Below are positions 52,629 to 61,204 of a DNA stretch of 64,000 nt, one piece after another. The stretch is taken from NCBI GenBank assembly GCA_050290185.1, contig JBNKHE010000007.1:96001-160000 (forward strand), read 5' to 3'. This DNA is from Pontiella sp. Its GTDB lineage: Bacteria > Verrucomicrobiota > Kiritimatiellia > Kiritimatiellales > Pontiellaceae. Position 1 is the stretch's first letter. Every line of letters begins with the position of its first letter. The notes below the pieces were generated by a model. It saw only the letters and a program-made list of their open reading frames with translations, did not search any database and was not told the origin of the DNA. Position numbers and translations under genes: made by a program.

Positions 52629-53918
52629 TCAAGGCATGCGGCTGCCCATCAGGCCGCTTTCCGTTACCTTCATCGGCTTCGCTGAAACCACCTGCCCCCG
52701 CAGGAACTCCTGCATGGGGAGTTCCACGGGAATGTAGTGCTCGGAATATCCGGTCGCGGTTCCTTCCTTGCACTGTTCAATCAGCACATCGATCTTTTTG
52801 CCAATGAATTGACGGTGATAGTCGTGCGCCAGCGATTCGCCGAGGGCATGCAACCGTTCACTGCGTTCGGTGGCGACGGCACCATTGATCTGCCGGGGCA
52901 TCCTGGCAGCCATGGTCTTGGGGCGGGGGGAATAGGTAAAGATGTGCATCTGGGAAAAGCCGACTTTTTTACAGAAATCGTAGCTTTCTTCGAAATAGGT
53001 TTCGGTCTCGCCGGGGAATCCTACGATGACGTCAGTGGTGAAGGCTGGATTGTCGAGGGCGGCACGGGCGCGTTCAACCGCGTTGTAATACTCCTCCGAG
53101 GTATAACCGCGGCGCATGGCATGCAGCACGGCGTCGGAGCCCGACTGCAGGGAGAGATGCAGGTGCGGCATGATGCTGGGCGACGAGCTCCAAACTGCCA
53201 GCAGTTCATCGGTCAGTTCAGCGGGATGGAGGCTGGAAAGCCGGATTCTTCCGATATTGGGAATCCCTGCGAGGTGCCGGAGAAGCTCTGCCAGCGACGA
53301 CCCGGATTCACGTCCGTAAAGACCGACGCTTACTCCGGTGACGACGATTTCCCTGTAGCCGGCTTCGGTCAGTACGGTAGCTTCGCGAACGGCATCTTCG
53401 ATGGTTTTATCGCGCGGCTCCTTGCGGAGTTGGGGGATGATACAAAAGGAGCAACCGATATCGCAGCCATCCTGCACCTTCAGAAAGGCGCGGGTGTGGC
53501 CGACGAAACGGGAAATGGTGAAGGTGTCGGTAGTGATGCCGGCGGTGGATATCGTGTTGGGCATTGCCAGCGAATCGAGCTGTTCGGCAAGGCGTTGGAG
53601 CCAGTCTGATCCTGCAGGAATGCGGAAGACGGGGTCCTGGTCAACCTGGGTCAGCTCGTCGTTGGCGGCGCATCCGGTTACGATGATATGGGCGAGGGGA
53701 TTGTCGCGCTGCATCCGTCGGATGGTCTGGCGCGATTTCTGGGCGGCTGCCGCCGTAACGCCGCAGGTGTGCACCACAATCAGGTCGGCATCGTCGGAAT
53801 GCGACGTTTTTTCGAGGCCGTAGCGCTCTAGAAGCTGTTCGATCTGCTGGGCATCGTACTGGTTGACTTTGCAACCCAGGACGTTCACTAAATAGGTATG
53901 AAGCTTGTTACTAGCCAT
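52629..53918 (-). CDS. mtaB: tRNA methylthiotransferase MtaB (MiaB family radical SAM)
   Basis: LGCKVNQYD, QDGCDIGCSFC, LQSGS and IVGFPGET motifs. Confidence 0.88.
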   Translation of the reverse strand: MASNKLHTYLVNVLGCKVNQYDAQQIEQLLERYGLEKTSHSDDADLIVVHTCGVTAAAAQKSRQTIRRMQRDNPLAHIIVTGCAANDELTQVDQDPVFRIPAGSDWLQRLAEQLDSLAMPNTISTAGITTDTFTISRFVGHTRAFLKVQDGCDIGCSFCIIPQLRKEPRDKTIEDAVREATVLTEAGYREIVVTGVSVGLYGRESGSSLAELLRHLAGIPNIGRIRLSSLHPAELTDELLAVWSSSPSIMPHLHLSLQSGSDAVLHAMRRGYTSEEYYNAVERARAALDNPAFTTDVIVGFPGETETYFEESYDFCKKVGFSQMHIFTYSPRPKTMAARMPRQINGAVATERSERLHALGESLAHDYHRQFIGKKIDVLIEQCKEGTATGYSEHYIPVELPMQEFLRGQVVSAKPMKVTESGLMGSRMP

Positions 53919-54117
53919 TGCTGTTGAGGTGTTTGGTTTAAAAGGGGGCTTGTCTTACGCGTTCGGACTTCACGAGGCAAGCGTAAATAAATTGCGAAAC
54001 GATTGTGGGTCATTTAAACATGATTGATTCATGCGTTAAATCCAAACTGGACGAAATAACCCGGTTTGTGAAAACATGGGCATATTGTTCCGCCTGAAAA
54101 TTTTAAGAGGAGATCCA

Positions 54118-54693
54118 ATGAAACAGGAAGATGTATTAAAGTTATTTGAGGAGACAGGCGCTTTGCTGAATGGCCATTTCGAACTTCGTTCGGGCCTGCA
54201 CAGCAATCGCTTTTTCCAGTGCGCGCTGGTATTGCAGTATCCACGTATTGCCGGCGAGCTTTGCGTGGCACTGGTGGAGAAAATGAAACAGGAACTGCAG
54301 GATCTTGAGGTCGATACGGTTATCGCGCCGGCGATGGGCGGCATTACGATCGGTCACGATGTTGCACGGGCGCTTGGCGTCCGCTTCATATTTGTTGAGA
54401 AAGAAGACAACGAGCTCAAGCTGCGGCGCTTCAAGATTCGTGACGGAGAGCGTTTTGTGGTGGCCGAAGATGTCGTGACCCGCGGAGGTCGCGTGCAGGA
54501 AACCATCGATATCGTTAAGGAAAACGGAGGTGTGGTGAAGGCCATCGGGATCCTGGTGAACCGCAGTGGCGGGAAAGCCGGTTTTGAGGCCCCGTTGGTG
54601 AGCCTGCTGGATATCGAGCCGGTCACGTACGATCCCTCCGATTGCCCGCTGTGCCGCGATGGGCTGGAACTGGTGCATCCGGGCAGTAAATAG
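54118..54693 (+). CDS. pyrE: Orotate phosphoribosyltransferase
   Basis: GHFELRSGLHS and AEDVVTRGG motifs. Confidence 0.93.
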   Translation: MKQEDVLKLFEETGALLNGHFELRSGLHSNRFFQCALVLQYPRIAGELCVALVEKMKQELQDLEVDTVIAPAMGGITIGHDVARALGVRFIFVEKEDNELKLRRFKIRDGERFVVAEDVVTRGGRVQETIDIVKENGGVVKAIGILVNRSGGKAGFEAPLVSLLDIEPVTYDPSDCPLCRDGLELVHPGSK

Positions 54694-54700
54694 CAAGCAT

Positions 54701-54761
54701 GCAGTTCCGTGTTGAGGAGGGAGTTTCGCGTATGGCGGAGCCTACCTGAAGGCGGAACTAC
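54701..54761. repeat. Inverted pair of GTAG-type REP-like elements
   Basis: GCAGTTCCG... and reverse-strand GTAGTTCCGCCTTCAGG downstream of pyrE. Confidence 0.55.
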
Positions 54762-54845
54762 AAACCTGTTCAATCGCTTTGACTTGTCGGATAAAAGCCG
54801 GTAAGTTGCGAGGCTTGTTTTTTAGAAAATCTAGAGGAGGTTGCC

Positions 54846-55556
54846 GTGTCGCATCCGTTGGAACCGATTGTCGCTTTGCAGAAGAAAGATCGTAGACTTA
54901 TTAAAATCATGCGGGAAATCCGCGACATCCCCCAGCGCAAGAATGACATCGAAGCGCAGCTGAGCGGGTCCAAGCAAAAGCTGGATATGGCGTTGGACAG
55001 CAAGAAACACACCGAGGCCGTACTTCGGGACGTCGAACTGGAGATCGAGTCCTGCAAGGAAAAGGTCACCAAGTACAAGAACCAGCAGATGGAGGCCAAG
55101 ACCAACGACCAGTACCGTGCTTTCGTCAAAGAGATCGGAGTGGTCGAGGCCGAAATCAATCAGCTAGAGGACAAGGAACTCAAGCTGATGGAGGATCTCG
55201 AGCAGGGCAAGAAGATTGTGGCCGACTGCGAAGAGCGGCTGAATACGGAAAAGGCCGGGATTGCCGATGAACTTGGTGAGCTGGATGACCGCACCAAAGA
55301 TCTGATGGAACGGCTGGAATCGCTCAAGGCGGATCGCGCCAAAGCCGCGGCACTCTGCGACAAGGCTCTGCTCCAGAAGTACACGCGCATTATGAACAAC
55401 AAGCGCGATTTTGCGGTGGTCATGGTGGAATCCGGTGTTCATTGCGGTGGATGCCACATGAAACTTCCGCCTCAGGTGATCCACGATGCGCGCAATCCGA
55501 CCAAGATTGTGGGTTGCAACTTCTGCGGGCGCATCGTCTACAATCCCGCATCGTAG
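54846..55556 (+). CDS. Coiled-coil C4 zinc-ribbon protein (DUF164/CT398 family)
   Basis: CGGCHM...CNFCGRI; this family often lies next to rnpB. Confidence 0.88.
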   Translation: MSHPLEPIVALQKKDRRLIKIMREIRDIPQRKNDIEAQLSGSKQKLDMALDSKKHTEAVLRDVELEIESCKEKVTKYKNQQMEAKTNDQYRAFVKEIGVVEAEINQLEDKELKLMEDLEQGKKIVADCEERLNTEKAGIADELGELDDRTKDLMERLESLKADRAKAAALCDKALLQKYTRIMNNKRDFAVVMVESGVHCGGCHMKLPPQVIHDARNPTKIVGCNFCGRIVYNPAS

Positions 55557-55633
55557 ATGCGGGTTGTTTTAAGTATTCGGTGTTCAGTCCCCGTGGGGAG
55601 ATTAAGCTTAACACCTAAAACCTAACAATTTTT

Positions 55634-55982
55634 AGCAGTCAGGGTGTATCGGTCGCTCTTCGCCACGGTGGAGGGAGGAAAGTCCGGACTCCAAAGGGCA
55701 GGACGTTCCGTGGTTAACGCGGGAACCTCTGTGCGATATCGCAGGGGATGGAAAGTGCCACAGAAATTATACCGCCCCGGCTTGCCGGGGTAAGGGTGAA
55801 ATGGTGGGGTAAGAGCCCACCGCCCCGAGGGCAACCGAGGGGGCAGGGTAAACCCCGTCCGGAGCAAGTTCAAATAGGCGGCGATGATGCGGCCCGCATC
55901 GCCAATAGTCGCGGGTTGAACGCATTAGATAAATGACCGACCCCGCAAGGGGAACAGAATCCGGCTTACCGCCCTGTCTGCT
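55634..55982 (+). ncRNA. rnpB: RNase P RNA (type A)
   Basis: GAGGAAAGTCCGGACTC, AGTGCCACAGAAA, GGGTGAAATGGTGGGGTAAGAGCCCACC, GGTAAACCCC, ACAGAATCCGGCTTA; P1 AGCAGTCAGGG/CCCTGTCTGCT. Confidence 0.96.
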
Positions 55983-56056
55983 TTTTCTATTTTCAAAGTA
56001 TAAACGCAACATAAACGCCTTGCGTCGATTGAATATATCAAATATACAAAATCGGC

Positions 56057-57130
56057 ATGGCGCTGTTTAAGCAAAAGACCTCTGAAAACTGGTGGATTTC
56101 TGTCTATCGCAAGGGACAGCCGCGCAAGTATGTTCCCACGGGTACGCCGGATCGGGAAAAGGCGGAGGCGATTGAAAAGCTGGTGTTGTCATCGTATCGC
56201 GGCAATCTGGAGCGGGATCGGTTGATTGCGGCGCTCGATTCGCTGATGGGCTGGGATGCGGTTGATGGATTGCCGATTTCGGAACTGTGGTCGACGTATT
56301 TGAAGACGAAGCCCAGGGCGGGTGAGCATACGATCAACCAGCGCCGGCTTATCTGCGAGAAGCTTGTGGCCTACCTTGCGGATCATCATCCGGCTACCCT
56401 GATGCTGAACGAGGTAACCCCGCAGCATGCGCAGGCTTTTTCGGATTGGGTGTTGAATGAAAAGGGCGGGGCCGGAAAGACGCACAACAACCGCATGAGC
56501 AACATAGCCACGGTATTCGGTGCCATTGTGGTGCGGGCAAATCTTCGGAACAATCCTTTCGGGTTTCTCGAAAAGCTGGACGAATCGGACAGCCGGTCGG
56601 GCCGTCCGTTCTCGGCGGATGAACAACGCCGGATCTTCGAGCGGTGCGCGGTGGTAGGTAATGACTGGCTGGCGATCTGCACGCTTGCCAAATATTCCGG
56701 CCTTCGTTTGATCGACATGGCCTTTCTTGCATGGGATCAGGTGGAGGATGATGTGATCGATCTGACCCCATCAAAAACAAAGCGCCACGGAATAAAGGTG
56801 CGGATCCCGCTGCATCCAAACGTGCGCAAGGAACTTCGCCTGCTGGGCCGCAAGGGGGATTATGTTTTTCCGGTGCTGGCCGAGCGGTACAGCACAACGT
56901 CTCCGAAGTCGCAGTTCATGGAAGAGATCATCCGTCCGCTGGGGATCGATATGGATGGCGCGAAGGTTAGTTTCCATTGTTGGCGCCACACATTCAGAAC
57001 GATGCTTGCGGCGGCCAAAGTTCCCCAAGAGGTTGCGATGAAGCTGGGCGGCTGGACCAACCAAAGCACGGCGGAAGTCTACAACCACGACTTTACCCAG
57101 CTTGAAGCGGCCATTGGCGGGTTGGAATAG
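56057..57130 (+). CDS. Phage tyrosine integrase
   Basis: SGLRLID, SKT, FHCWRHT, LGGW and Y (EVYNH). Confidence 0.93.
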   Translation: MALFKQKTSENWWISVYRKGQPRKYVPTGTPDREKAEAIEKLVLSSYRGNLERDRLIAALDSLMGWDAVDGLPISELWSTYLKTKPRAGEHTINQRRLICEKLVAYLADHHPATLMLNEVTPQHAQAFSDWVLNEKGGAGKTHNNRMSNIATVFGAIVVRANLRNNPFGFLEKLDESDSRSGRPFSADEQRRIFERCAVVGNDWLAICTLAKYSGLRLIDMAFLAWDQVEDDVIDLTPSKTKRHGIKVRIPLHPNVRKELRLLGRKGDYVFPVLAERYSTTSPKSQFMEEIIRPLGIDMDGAKVSFHCWRHTFRTMLAAAKVPQEVAMKLGGWTNQSTAEVYNHDFTQLEAAIGGLE

Positions 57131-57139
57131 GAAACTCGT

Positions 57140-57535
57140 TTAAGATCCTCTGCGGATTGATTCCAGGTAGCCGAAAACATTATCTATCGGTTCACCTGAG
57201 TCGACTTCGACGGCTTTTGCTATCCGATCTATTCTGAATGTTCGGACATCCATCCGGAGCATGCAGAATGCGCGGAGTAGGTTGGAGTTTGGATAGAAAG
57301 CAATGGTGTTGATTTCGCGGGATGTTTTTTCGCCATAGACGTCGGTGTAGTTGATCTGGATGTTTCGCTTTTTTACCTGGACCGGCGCTTCACGAATTTT
57401 TGATTCAGATTTTTTCTTTTCAAGCCGGTCCCTGATTCTGCTTTTTAGATTACGGAAAAACAGGATGGTTGAGACCAGTCCGATCAGCGCGAATAGAAGG
57501 ATGATCCCTATCAGGATATTGATGAAAATGTCCAT
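57140..57535 (-). CDS. Membrane-anchored WYL-domain protein
   Basis: N-terminal TM helix; INYTD..GEKTSR...AFCMLRMDVRTFRIDRI. Confidence 0.8.
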   Translation of the reverse strand: MDIFINILIGIILLFALIGLVSTILFFRNLKSRIRDRLEKKKSESKIREAPVQVKKRNIQINYTDVYGEKTSREINTIAFYPNSNLLRAFCMLRMDVRTFRIDRIAKAVEVDSGEPIDNVFGYLESIRRGS

Positions 57536-58278
57536 TAATACTCCGTCCATGATGTGACTTTTCCGTTCAGCGTGTGGATAAATCGCATGGTATTGCTGAC
57601 GTGGCTGCCAGTGACGTAGACGGATCCGTAACTGTACTGCTTGGTAACACCCATGGAAGAAGTGTGCTCGGTGCAGTCTTTGGGTTTTCCCCATGTTGCA
57701 TAGATTCCAAGTTCCGGCATTCCGACTGCCAGCTTTCCACTCAACAAGGCATCCGAGTATTTTTCCGGAATACCTTTTTCTTGAAGTGCGACAACATACA
57801 TAACCTTTGTGCGTTCAATATCCGGCGTTGCCCCACCGGGCAATACTTTAAATTCGAGCGGGACGTGGCGGTACTGTGGGTGATTAAGCCAAAACAAATC
57901 TTCCGCCAGGTCATACGCATCGGATGTGCTAATCCATTCATTTAGCATTTTTTCCGGCATATTGGCGGCGGCAATGTTCTTAGAACCAAGTGCTTGAATT
58001 TCGGTTTTGCTGTAACCCTTTAACTCCAGCGCTTTTTGAAGGTGGTCTATAAAGCGCGGATCAACCTTGTTTATTTTGGTGATGCGCGGATAGCCGTAGA
58101 CCGTGTAGGTGATGCCGCTGATTCCGTTTTTCAGGTGGTAGTAATCCGATGCGATTTTCCACCCGGGATTATGTTCAACCCAGCCGAAGTTATTGGCCTG
58201 CGATTCGTCGAAACCGATATTCGTTGCGCATCCGGTGAGCAGGATGGCGGTTGCGAGTGCTGCAATGACTTTCTTCAT
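57535..58278 (-). CDS. Prophage lipoprotein
   Basis: Lipobox LTGC; C-terminal GM.....WGKP...NGKVTS (SmpA/BamE-like). Confidence 0.75.
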   Translation of the reverse strand: MKKVIAALATAILLTGCATNIGFDESQANNFGWVEHNPGWKIASDYYHLKNGISGITYTVYGYPRITKINKVDPRFIDHLQKALELKGYSKTEIQALGSKNIAAANMPEKMLNEWISTSDAYDLAEDLFWLNHPQYRHVPLEFKVLPGGATPDIERTKVMYVVALQEKGIPEKYSDALLSGKLAVGMPELGIYATWGKPKDCTEHTSSMGVTKQYSYGSVYVTGSHVSNTMRFIHTLNGKVTSWTEY

Positions 58279-58300
58279 GTTGTTCCCCTGATTCTGATTT

Positions 58301-58696
58301 CTATTGATCGGCCACGAAGCCGAATTGCTCCAGTAGCTGAATGGCGAGCTTCTGCTGGGACGCGGTTGCCTTGGTGCGCAGGAAAATCGCGGCACGTTCA
58401 TAAACATCCATGTAAGAAGCAGATTCTTCAGCAAGCCCTTTCATTCCGTTATTCGGAGCTATACTGTAACTGATTTGCAAAAGCTCCAGCAAAGAAATTC
58501 CTGCCAGTTCGGCAATCCTCTCGGCGTTTTCATCATCAATATCCTTCGCGGTGCCTGAGATCCACCGGCTAACGGTGGCATGCGAAACCCCTACAGCTTT
58601 GCCAAAGGTCCGGTGATTAAATTGCCTACCTGCTGAATCGGTGCGTGTGCGTACCATGTTGCCGATAAACTTCTGAAGTGCTGGTGTATTTTTCAT
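58301..58696 (-). CDS. CI-like XRE HTH repressor
   Basis: FGKAVGVSHATVSRWISG; divergent from the early operon. Confidence 0.8.
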   Translation of the reverse strand: MKNTPALQKFIGNMVRTRTDSAGRQFNHRTFGKAVGVSHATVSRWISGTAKDIDDENAERIAELAGISLLELLQISYSIAPNNGMKGLAEESASYMDVYERAAIFLRTKATASQQKLAIQLLEQFGFVADQ

Positions 58697-58784
58697 AATC
58701 TCTCCCGGTTGGTGGCTACGCTTATACCTAATAAAAACAGGGGCTCAATGACAAATGGTTAAAAAAGTTAAAATAAAAACTTGC

Positions 58785-58801
58785 GGTACGCGGTGCGTAC
58801 C
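58785..58801. promoter_or_regulatory. Putative phage operator palindrome
   Basis: GGTACGC-GGT-GCGTACC in the cI/cro intergenic region. Confidence 0.6.
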
Positions 58802-58834
58802 ACGTAAACCATAACTACCGAAAGGAAATAAATC

Positions 58835-59038
58835 ATGAGCAAAGCCGACACCAAGAAAGCGCAGATCACCAAGCCGATTCTGCTTAAAGAAAAAAACGGC
58901 GAGGTAGCAGCGGTGCACGAAGCCGCCGAGATTCTGGGCATGACATCCGGAACGCTCGCCCGCATGGCCGTACATCTCGGGATGAACACCCCAGAGATGA
59001 AGAACCTCATCGAGAAGGCGAAACACGCCCACGCATAG
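58835..59038 (+). CDS. Cro-like small DNA-binding protein
   Basis: AAGGA RBS; AAEILGMTSGTLAR; position opposite cI. Confidence 0.7.
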   Translation: MSKADTKKAQITKPILLKEKNGEVAAVHEAAEILGMTSGTLARMAVHLGMNTPEMKNLIEKAKHAHA

Positions 59039-59167
59039 GACTCTCAAAATGATTCTCCTGGTTAACAGCCAACAACACCCCGCGCGCGCCGGTCGGCAGA
59101 ATAAATCCGGTTACCCCCTTGGCCGGTTGCCGGTCGGCGCGCGTTTTTTCCCCAGCACGAGGAAGTC

Positions 59168-59425
59168 ATGAGCATTGAAGAAATCAAAGAGGCGGTTCGG
59201 ACGGTTATCCGCGATGAGATGGTGATGGCTACGGTGGTTCCGGATTTTGCGGGATACGCCTATTTCAAGATTCGTTTTGGGATTGCCCAGCCGACGCTGA
59301 AGAAGCTGGCGGACAACGGGCATGTGCGCCGGAAGAAGGTCGGGGAGGCGGTACAGGCGCAGGCGCTCTACAAGGTGGCTGATGTTGAGGAGTGGTTCGA
59401 GTCGGACAAAGGGGTCGAGGCGTGA
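59168..59425 (+). CDS. Excisionase-like HTH protein
   Basis: FGIAQPTLKKL..G.V....G....LYKVADVEEW. Confidence 0.6.
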   Translation: MSIEEIKEAVRTVIRDEMVMATVVPDFAGYAYFKIRFGIAQPTLKKLADNGHVRRKKVGEAVQAQALYKVADVEEWFESDKGVEA

Positions 59426-59607
59426 AAAACGAGGAACTAGGCACTGGGCAAGAGGCGCTAGTGGAGTCGGCTGGGGAACGTCTTTACAACCGGATGCGGG
59501 CCGAAACGAGGGGCGGCGTTCCGTGGGCGGAACTGCGTCCGGCGGTGCGTGACGCGATCGAGAAGCACGCCGCGCTTTCCGAGCGCGAGGGAAAGGCGGC
59601 GGCATGA
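59422..59607 (+). CDS. Phage hypothetical protein
   Basis: GTGA/ATGA overlaps with both neighbours. Confidence 0.6.
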   Translation: MKNEELGTGQEALVESAGERLYNRMRAETRGGVPWAELRPAVRDAIEKHAALSEREGKAAA

Positions 59608-59804
59608 TGAATCTTTCGGTGTGGACGAAGACCAGGTTCCTTGAGCTGCCTTTTGGCAATCGGATCCGCGTCTCGGAGATCCTGCTTGCGGCGGTGCTGG
59701 GGCTTCTGGTGGGGGTGGTTTTCTGGGCGGCGGTTTTCGGGATGGCCTTTTCGGCGGAAGAGCTTTCACCACAGAGGGCACAGAGCAACGCAGAGGGGAA
59801 TTGA
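59604..59804 (+). CDS. Phage small membrane protein
   Basis: One TM helix; coupled start. Confidence 0.55.
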   Translation: MMNLSVWTKTRFLELPFGNRIRVSEILLAAVLGLLVGVVFWAAVFGMAFSAEELSPQRAQSNAEGN

Positions 59805-59918
59805 TATACCCACCAATGAGCGAGGGCAGCTGGTGCGCTGATGCCGCGCACCCCGCCCACGGGAACGGCCAACCGTGGGCGGAGTATTCAAGGGATGGTC
59901 GAAGAAAGGGAATGGGAC

Positions 59919-60101
59919 ATGGTGAACGATAAGATTCGTTGTTTGATGAGCGATCCGGAGCACTGCGACTTCGAAGAACTTCCGGATACGGGTGGGCGCC
60001 GGTGTTCGCTTGAACACGGCATGTGCCATCAACAGGAGCCGCACAGCAGAGGGAACGGTAAACCTGTTGATTACCACGCACGGAAGGCGGTGCAGCTGTG
60101 A
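59919..60101 (+). CDS. Phage Cys-rich small protein
   Basis: RBS; 4 Cys; stop overlaps the next start. Confidence 0.5.
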   Translation: MVNDKIRCLMSDPEHCDFEELPDTGGRRCSLEHGMCHQQEPHSRGNGKPVDYHARKAVQL

Positions 60102-60721
60102 TCAACGAAGCAACCATTCAGGCAAACCGCGAATACATTATTATTCGCCTCAAGGAGATCAACCGCGTAGGGATGCCGGGTCTGATTCAGGAACTTGATG
60201 ACCTTGGCTTTTTCCGTTCGCCGTGTTCCACCAAATACCACGGGGCCTACACGGGCGGTTTGGCCCAACACTCATTGGATGTGTTTGGCAAGTTCGTTGA
60301 GCTTACGAGCCTGTGCGGTGTGTTCGTGCCGGCTGATTCGGCGGTGATTGCGTGCATCCTTCACGATCTATGCAAAGCCGGTGCCTACGTTGGCAATGCC
60401 TATCCCTACACCTACCGCAAGGAACACCCCAATGGACACGCGGCGCTTTCGTTTCATCGGATTTCAAAGTTCATCGAACTGACCCCGCTCGAATCGGATT
60501 TGATCCGCTATCACATGGGTCTTTACGGCACCCACGCCCACAGCGTCCGCGGCGAGTACGGGGTCGATGAGTTCATGGCCGCACGGGAAAACCCGGCTGT
60601 AAAGCTGATGTGCTTTGCCGATGAGCTGGTGACGCTTCAGGAGAAGGCGACCGAAAAAGAGCACATCGAAAAATATGGATCCCTGCTTCCGGCGGAGATG
60701 GTTAACGGGCGGGAGGGATAG
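60098..60721 (+). CDS. HD-domain phosphohydrolase
   Basis: YHGAYTGGLAQHS, LHDLCK, GH, YHMG and AD motifs. Confidence 0.85.
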   Translation: MINEATIQANREYIIIRLKEINRVGMPGLIQELDDLGFFRSPCSTKYHGAYTGGLAQHSLDVFGKFVELTSLCGVFVPADSAVIACILHDLCKAGAYVGNAYPYTYRKEHPNGHAALSFHRISKFIELTPLESDLIRYHMGLYGTHAHSVRGEYGVDEFMAARENPAVKLMCFADELVTLQEKATEKEHIEKYGSLLPAEMVNGREG

Positions 60722-60848
60722 CCATGAAGGGGGAAACCACGAAAAACACGAAGGACACGAAAAAAGACCCGGCTTTCGTGATCAGGTTTGTTGATACCTC
60801 CGGCGCAACCCATGACCTGTATCGCAAGATTTTCAGAAGGCAAGGCTG

Positions 60849-61040
60849 ATGCCGGATCGATCGAACATGCCAAAGACGGGGCGGTGCATCGTTTGTGAAA
60901 CGGTGGGAGCGGTTGCCGGCACAAACGCCAACGGAAGGCCGCTTTGCCAAGGGTGCATCGACTACATGAACGGGGAACACCTGAAACGCACGGTTCCGAA
61001 CAAGCGCGGGTATGGGATGAAGAAAGGGGAAGCAGCATGA
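60849..61040 (+). CDS. Phage Zn-finger small protein
   Basis: CIVC...CQGC. Confidence 0.55.
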   Translation: MPDRSNMPKTGRCIVCETVGAVAGTNANGRPLCQGCIDYMNGEHLKRTVPNKRGYGMKKGEAA

Positions 61041-61204
61041 GCACGAAGGAAATTATAGATAGGCCGCTATCAGAAAAAACGCTCAATCGGATTGAGAATG
61101 GAAAGGTTGAATTTTTGACGGTATGGCCAATATGCCAGCCTCTCGCGCCAAGGCACATCGCTTCCAAAAGACTAATGGATATAGTGACTGGCGGTGTGAA
61201 ATGA
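61037..61204 (+). CDS. Phage hypothetical protein
   Basis: ATGA overlap with the upstream gene; RBS. Confidence 0.5.
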   Translation: MSTKEIIDRPLSEKTLNRIENGKVEFLTVWPICQPLAPRHIASKRLMDIVTGGVK

